From sequence record SRR20825019_2198: 47,927 bases of DNA, one strand, 5' to 3'. Numbering within the stretch: the stretch's first letter is position 1; each line of letters begins with the position of its first letter. Below the pieces are notes generated by a model, which saw only the letters and a list, made by a program, of their open reading frames with translations, did no database searches and was not told the origin of the DNA. Shown piece by piece: positions 46,332 through 47,927 of this stretch. Both the position numbers and the translations under genes were made by a program.

Positions 46332-47927
46332 ATGAGCAAAGACATTCGCAACATCGCGATCATCGCGCACGTTGACCACGGCAAAACAACGCTGGTGGAT
46401 AACCTTTTCAGGCAATCCGGCACCGTACGGGACAACCAGCGGGTTGAAGAACGCGCGATGGACAGCGGCGACCTTGAGAAAGAGCGCGGCATCACCATTC
46501 TTGCGAAATGCACCAGCGTGATGTGGAAAAACACCCGCGTGAACATCGTGGACACTCCCGGCCACGCCGACTTTGGCGGCGAGGTTGAGCGTATCCTTTC
46601 CATGGTGGACGGTGTTGTTCTGCTTGTGGATGCCGCAGAAGGCCCGATGCCACAAACCAAATTCGTCACCATGAAAGCCCTGGCCCTTGGCCTGAAGCCG
46701 ATTGTAGTTGTGAACAAGGTGGACAAACCTGACGGAGACCCGGACGCCGCAACAGACCTCTGTTTCGATCTCTTCGTAAACCTGGACGCGAACGACGAAC
46801 AGCTCGACTTCCCTGTGATGTACGCCTCCGGCCGTGACGGCTGGTGCGATAACGAGCTTGATGGCCCGCGCGAAAACCTGCACCCGCTTTTCGAGAAGAT
46901 CGTTGAGCATGTGCCCGCGCCAAAGGTTGTGACCAACAACAATATCGAGAAACCTTTCTCGATGCTGATCAGCCTTCTGGACCGTGACAACTTTGTTGGC
47001 CGTATCCTCACAGGCCGTGTTGAAACAGGCCGCGTGAAGGTGGGTGATGCCATCCATGCGCTGAGCCGTGACAGCAAGGTGATCGAGGCTGGCCGTATTT
47101 CCAAGCTTCTCGCCTTCCGTGGGCTTGAGCGTGTACCGGTTGACGAAGCACAGGCGGGCGACATTGTCGCAATCGCTGGCCTCACCACGGCAACGGTGGC
47201 AGACACCATCGCCGTGCCTGAGGTAACCAAAGCGCTGCACGCTATCCCGGTTGACCCACCAACGCTCGCGATGACCTTCATGGTCAACGACAGCCCGCTT
47301 GCGGGCCGCGAAGGCAAGCACGTAACCTCCCGCGTCATTCGTGACCGCTTGATGCGCGAATCTGAAGGCAACGTGGCGATCGAGATCACCGAGGCTGAAA
47401 GCAAGGACGCATTTGAAGTTGCAGGCCGGGGCGAGTTGCAGCTTGGTGTCCTTATCGAGACCATGCGCCGCGAAGGTTTCGAGCTGGCAATCAGCCGCCC
47501 GCGTGTTCTCTTCAAGCAGGATGAAAACTGCAAGCGCCTCGAGCCGTATGAAACCGTACAGATCGATGTGGACGAAGAATACCAAGGTGCTGTGGTTGAG
47601 AAAATGTCGCTGCGTAAAGCTGAGCTGACCGGCATGGTGCCCTCTGGCGCTGGCAAGGTTCGCCTCACGTTTGATGCGCCCGCCCGTGGCCTTATCGGCT
47701 ATCACGGCGAGTTCCTGACCGACACACGCGGTACCGGCATCATGGCCCGCGCTTATGACCGCTATGACGCCTATAAGGGCCCCATCCGCGCACGTCAGCG
47801 CGGTGTGCTGGTGGCAACCGCAGGCGGCAAGGCCGTGCAATATGCGCTTTTCTACCTGCAGGACCGCGGCACCATCATGATCAACCACGGTGTGGAAGTT
47901 TATGAAGGCATGATCATTGGCGAACAC
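46332..47927 (+). CDS. typA: Translational GTPase TypA/BipA (3' end outside the window)
   Basis: Manual translation MSKDIRNIAIIAHVDHGKTTLVD...EKERGITILAK...DTPGHADFGGEVER...NKVD...GRGELQL...LEPYE; missing from the ORF track because there is no stop in the window. Confidence 0.96.
   Translation, partial: MSKDIRNIAIIAHVDHGKTTLVDNLFRQSGTVRDNQRVEERAMDSGDLEKERGITILAKCTSVMWKNTRVNIVDTPGHADFGGEVERILSMVDGVVLLVDAAEGPMPQTKFVTMKALALGLKPIVVVNKVDKPDGDPDAATDLCFDLFVNLDANDEQLDFPVMYASGRDGWCDNELDGPRENLHPLFEKIVEHVPAPKVVTNNNIEKPFSMLISLLDRDNFVGRILTGRVETGRVKVGDAIHALSRDSKVIEAGRISKLLAFRGLERVPVDEAQAGDIVAIAGLTTATVADTIAVPEVTKALHAIPVDPPTLAMTFMVNDSPLAGREGKHVTSRVIRDRLMRESEGNVAIEITEAESKDAFEVAGRGELQLGVLIETMRREGFELAISRPRVLFKQDENCKRLEPYETVQIDVDEEYQGAVVEKMSLRKAELTGMVPSGAGKVRLTFDAPARGLIGYHGEFLTDTRGTGIMARAYDRYDAYKGPIRARQRGVLVATAGGKAVQYALFYLQDRGTIMINHGVEVYEGMIIGEH

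Noticed and set aside
46286-47927. Long minus-strand ORFs of 460 and 533 aa
   Set aside because: Antisense shadows of typA, which is clearly encoded on the plus strand from 46332

Overview
A 47.9-kb chromosomal segment of an alphaproteobacterium. Gene content, TonB receptors, CtrA-like boxes and an MmgR-type sRNA suggest a marine Kordiimonas-like organism; this is inference only. I found no integrase, transposase, prophage or CRISPR array. In order, the window holds: an acyl-CoA dehydrogenase pair; a signalling cluster (REC-kinase, Rcp1-like receiver, and a kinase with a plant ETR1-type ethylene-binding domain plus a FixL-like PAS) divergent from a DUF3034 + exported truncated haemoglobin operon; a PleC/DivJ-like kinase; an orphan Tat-exported IorB-like molybdoprotein; glutaminase; a desaturase; three GSTs; XRE and ArsR autoregulated operons; a CadC/ToxR-like regulator with a divergent secreted protein; an iron-uptake TonB receptor/PepSY pair; chaB; a racemase; a His-rich membrane MCP with a small partner gene; tRNA-Val(GAC); a PlpD-like patatin; N-formylglutamate amidohydrolase; a second TonB receptor; an MmgR/SuhB-family sRNA; a Pho-box-preceded plcP-agt lipid-remodelling pair; two membrane proteins flanking an unlisted 55-aa ORF; and the 5' part of typA. 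The best candidate for an undescribed system is the putative multi-gas-sensing locus at about 2.0-7.0 kb. Next is a three-hairpin C-rich sRNA candidate at about 14.0-14.2 kb.
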